Assembly (NCBI RefSeq): GCF_000013905.1
Contig: NC_007969.1
Coordinates: 1,950,001-1,982,000, forward strand
DNA: 32,000 nucleotides
Direction: 5' to 3'
Source: Psychrobacter cryohalolentis K5
GTDB lineage: Bacteria; Pseudomonadota; Gammaproteobacteria; Pseudomonadales; Moraxellaceae
Below, piece by piece: positions 29,458-32,000 of the stretch (the first letter of the stretch is position 1; every line of letters starts with the position of its first letter). A program made the translations under genes and the position numbers. The notes beneath the pieces were generated by a model, which made no database searches, had not been told where the DNA came from, and saw only the letters and a list, made by a program, of their open reading frames with translations.

Positions 29458-32000
29458 TAGATATAGATCCTTTTACCTTTACGTATTTCGCTGAGCAGTG
29501 CCTCACTCATCGCCTCTAGATAACGCTCTACATCGGTCTCGTTCTCTATCCAAGCTCGATCGTAATCCACCCTGATTTTGTTTGAGTTGATATACTCATT
29601 TTTAGGCTCACTCACCTGTTTAGGCTCAGATAGCGCAGACACTTGTGATTGGTCTTTATCACTCTTATCACCGTTGTTAGTACTTACCTTTGCAGGCGTT
29701 GGTGGTGGCTTGGGCGTTGCCATTACTACCATTTTCTGCAATAAAGTTGCATAGCCCTTGTCTTCAAAGTATCGCAATCTATCATTAATAACGGCAATCA
29801 ACTTCTCTTCATTCACCTTATCAATCAGTTGTGTATAAGGAGCGTCAAGTTCTGCCTGTCTGATATCTGGAAGTTTTTTATACTCATCCATCTCTTGCAT
29901 ACGCGACTGCATTTGTTTAAGCGCTTCAATCGATTGGCTACGAGCTTCCTGTAGGGCATCATTGACCTTGTCTTTCAAGCTGCCTAATAGCACTTTGACC
30001 TGTTGGATCTTACTGCCTTTATATATAGAGGTATCGTTTAGACTGGCCTCAAGCACCCTCACCTGTTCTCTTTCGATATAATCAAAGTTCGCTGATTGAT
30101 CTTTCAAGAAATTTTGAGTGTTATCATATATTTCTCTTTGAGAACCATTCATAAAATTGTAAATAGGATCTATCAGCTGCTCTTTGATCTTCAGAAGCTC
30201 ATCTTCAATATCTTCGTTAAGGTCAGTTAAAAACCATGCGTAGGATGATTTTGAAAGCTTTTTGATTTGCTGAATAGCGGGATCTAATGCACTCAAGAAA
30301 GGATATCGTGCGGACTGTGCATACCAACCCTCCAAATCTTGTAACATCTCTTTGAATGCATCAATCGTTTCATTGCCTAGTGCTTTTGCCTCATTATTAC
30401 TAGCAGGCTTAGCAAAAAAGTCTTCATAAAACTCTTTGAGATGACGAACTTGTGACGAAGAAAATTCAACTTGGGGCTCTAATACCAGGTTGCTTTGACG
30501 TTGACTATTTACTAAAGCGCGCGCAAGCTCACTGTCCTCTAATATGTTGCCATCCATTCGAACTTCGACTTTGCCATTTACACATAGCTTTGCAAGGGTG
30601 CTGAGCACAGCTGCGTATGACCATCCGTATGGTTTTTTTTCAAACTGTTCTAACAACCCTTTTACTGTCGTCCGTATAGCCGCACTAGCATTTCTTTGGA
30701 TAAAAGATAATACATCACGCTCTGGCTCGGCTAATGTAGATATATCGGCACCCAACATGTCTTGTTGGGTAGAGTCGAGAATCTTGGCAACATCAGCCTC
30801 TGTGTAAGATGCATCGCGTAGCATACGTAGATGAGGGTATGATCTAGAAACAAGCTCATTGAAGCCTTTCTCAATACGTAATTGAGCGTCTTCTGAGCTA
30901 ACATTTAGCTCCGTACCTGCTACGAGTAGTTTTGCCTGACTCATGAGACTTTTTATTCGCTGTAGCAACTCGGCCTGACGCTTAGTATTTTGTTGTCCTT
31001 TCTCGCCTAAGATACGTTTTACTGTCTCTTGCTGAGCAATAGAATAATTTTGTCTGACATATTTCTCTGTACGTTTGTACATCGTTATATCACTCATCAA
31101 GCGAGAATCGGCTGGCAAGATTACAAATAATTCATCGCTAGAAAAGTTAGATTTATTAGACATCATCTCTTCATTTTCAGCATGCTCATAAAATGGGCTG
31201 ATGACATTGATACCTATCTCGTATTCACGACCATATAACTTATCATCAAGCTTTCGTGAAAAAGAATAGTCTTGTCCTTGGCTACCTGATGCGCCGCTAC
31301 TGTAACGAATCTTGCGACTTTTAATCACTTGATCAAAGATTATGCTTTCAAGCTCACTAGCCACATCAGCTGCTTCTACTTCCGTATTTTTTATCTCTTC
31401 TTCAATATCTTTTTCTTCGTCCGTCAAATACTCGTACATATCTCCTGTACGTTGTACGTAGGTCTCGTCTTCTAGTAGATTAAGCGCCTCTTCAACACGC
31501 TGACGGAGTATAGCTACATCCTCACCAAAGCTACTCAGCATTAAGACACATATATTACGAATTGTTGATTTGAATCCATCAACATATTTCACTAAAAACA
31601 AGGCTTTTAATACCTGCACTGCAAATTTGTTATCTAAATGGGTTTCTGCATTGATGACAGCTCGTTGGATGTTGGACTTCAATGCGGTACGAATACCTTC
31701 AAACATTAAATCAAAAGTTGCTAGCTGACCTATGTCATGATCACCTACTTTTATTGCTACTTGTTGAAACACACCCAACATCGAACGCTCACCAACTGAG
31801 CTATGCTTACCCTCAAAAGCATTATGTAAGGATAGATCAGCAATTGCAGACTGAAACAAGCTGAACTGGTAAGGGATGAATGGATAGCTGTTTATAAAGT
31901 GTTCTTTGTCTTTAAAATTTCTATATGTCTGTGATCCATCAGCAAAATCAAACAGCGTTTTGAAATTGTTTGACTGATTATCATATATGCCTGATAACAA
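29457..32000 (-). CDS. brxC: BREX P-loop ATPase BrxC (PglY family), 3' portion only; the N-terminus lies beyond the window
   Basis: An 847-codon open frame runs off the right edge, so the leading M in the track is an edge artefact and the Walker motifs are not visible. It sits directly upstream of pglX and is translationally coupled to it. The motif SYPFIPYQFSLFQ, its size and its coiled/acidic C-terminal part fit BrxC as I remember it. Confidence 0.8.
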   Translation of the reverse strand: MLSGIYDNQSNNFKTLFDFADGSQTYRNFKDKEHFINSYPFIPYQFSLFQSAIADLSLHNAFEGKHSSVGERSMLGVFQQVAIKVGDHDIGQLATFDLMFEGIRTALKSNIQRAVINAETHLDNKFAVQVLKALFLVKYVDGFKSTIRNICVLMLSSFGEDVAILRQRVEEALNLLEDETYVQRTGDMYEYLTDEEKDIEEEIKNTEVEAADVASELESIIFDQVIKSRKIRYSSGASGSQGQDYSFSRKLDDKLYGREYEIGINVISPFYEHAENEEMMSNKSNFSSDELFVILPADSRLMSDITMYKRTEKYVRQNYSIAQQETVKRILGEKGQQNTKRQAELLQRIKSLMSQAKLLVAGTELNVSSEDAQLRIEKGFNELVSRSYPHLRMLRDASYTEADVAKILDSTQQDMLGADISTLAEPERDVLSFIQRNASAAIRTTVKGLLEQFEKKPYGWSYAAVLSTLAKLCVNGKVEVRMDGNILEDSELARALVNSQRQSNLVLEPQVEFSSSQVRHLKEFYEDFFAKPASNNEAKALGNETIDAFKEMLQDLEGWYAQSARYPFLSALDPAIQQIKKLSKSSYAWFLTDLNEDIEDELLKIKEQLIDPIYNFMNGSQREIYDNTQNFLKDQSANFDYIEREQVRVLEASLNDTSIYKGSKIQQVKVLLGSLKDKVNDALQEARSQSIEALKQMQSRMQEMDEYKKLPDIRQAELDAPYTQLIDKVNEEKLIAVINDRLRYFEDKGYATLLQKMVVMATPKPPPTPAKVSTNNGDKSDKDQSQVSALSEPKQVSEPKNEYINSNKIRVDYDRAWIENETDVERYLEAMSEALLSEIRKGKRIYI

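Larger units (their letters stand above)
19426..32000. mobile_element. tRNA-Leu-associated genomic (defence) island, left end only; it continues beyond the window
   Basis: A P4-type integrase gene sits immediately 3' of tRNA-Leu in the same orientation, and the cargo is a BREX operon plus a GmrSD-like gene. The cargo looks more AT-rich by eye. As a spot count only, the 60-nt line at 27001 has 18 G+C and the line at 13981 has 27. The right boundary (attR) is not in the window. Confidence 0.6.

Noticed and set aside
27229-30640. Homopolymer tracts as phase-variation switches: A7 at 27229-27235 and T7 at 27686-27692 in pglX, T8 at 30633-30640 in brxC
   Set aside because: Phase-variable pglX genes are known. 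But tracts of 7-8 A/T are common by chance in DNA this AT-rich and are shorter than typical contingency-locus repeats. All three genes are currently in frame. This is worth only a glance in population data.

Overview
The window has two parts. Positions 1-19430 look like ordinary chromosomal backbone of an AT-rich gammaproteobacterium. My guess is Moraxellaceae, Psychrobacter-like, which a search would need to confirm. This part carries a ketone-body utilisation cluster (scoA-scoB-bdhA, with a divergent GntP-family permease) and metG. It also carries a four-gene ABC importer with two tandem paralogous lipoprotein binding proteins, a YdeP-like molybdopterin oxidoreductase with fdhD, and a sodium:solute symporter behind a ~700 bp non-coding leader. 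It ends with tRNA-Cys(GCA) and tRNA-Leu(UAA). From tRNA-Leu to the right edge (about 19426 to beyond 32000) the sequence looks like an integrated genomic island. A P4-type tyrosine integrase lies next to the tRNA. On the minus strand there is a BREX type 1 defence operon of brxC (truncated by the window edge), pglX and pglZ, joined by TAATG stop/start overlaps. The most interesting point is that the slot after pglZ, normally held by the Lon-like brxL, holds a 699-aa DUF262/DUF1524 (GmrSD/SspE/BrxU-like) nuclease-type protein, and no brxL is visible before the integrase. Other observations are a ~70-77 nt imperfect-palindrome intergenic repeat in three copies (one inside the island), a (CAATAC)5 microsatellite beside a short truncated-looking ORF, a 28-bp perfect inverted repeat, and an unlisted 44-codon membrane ORF. 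I saw no CRISPR array, rRNA or transposase. All calls rest on motif recognition and reading the sequence by eye. No searches were run.
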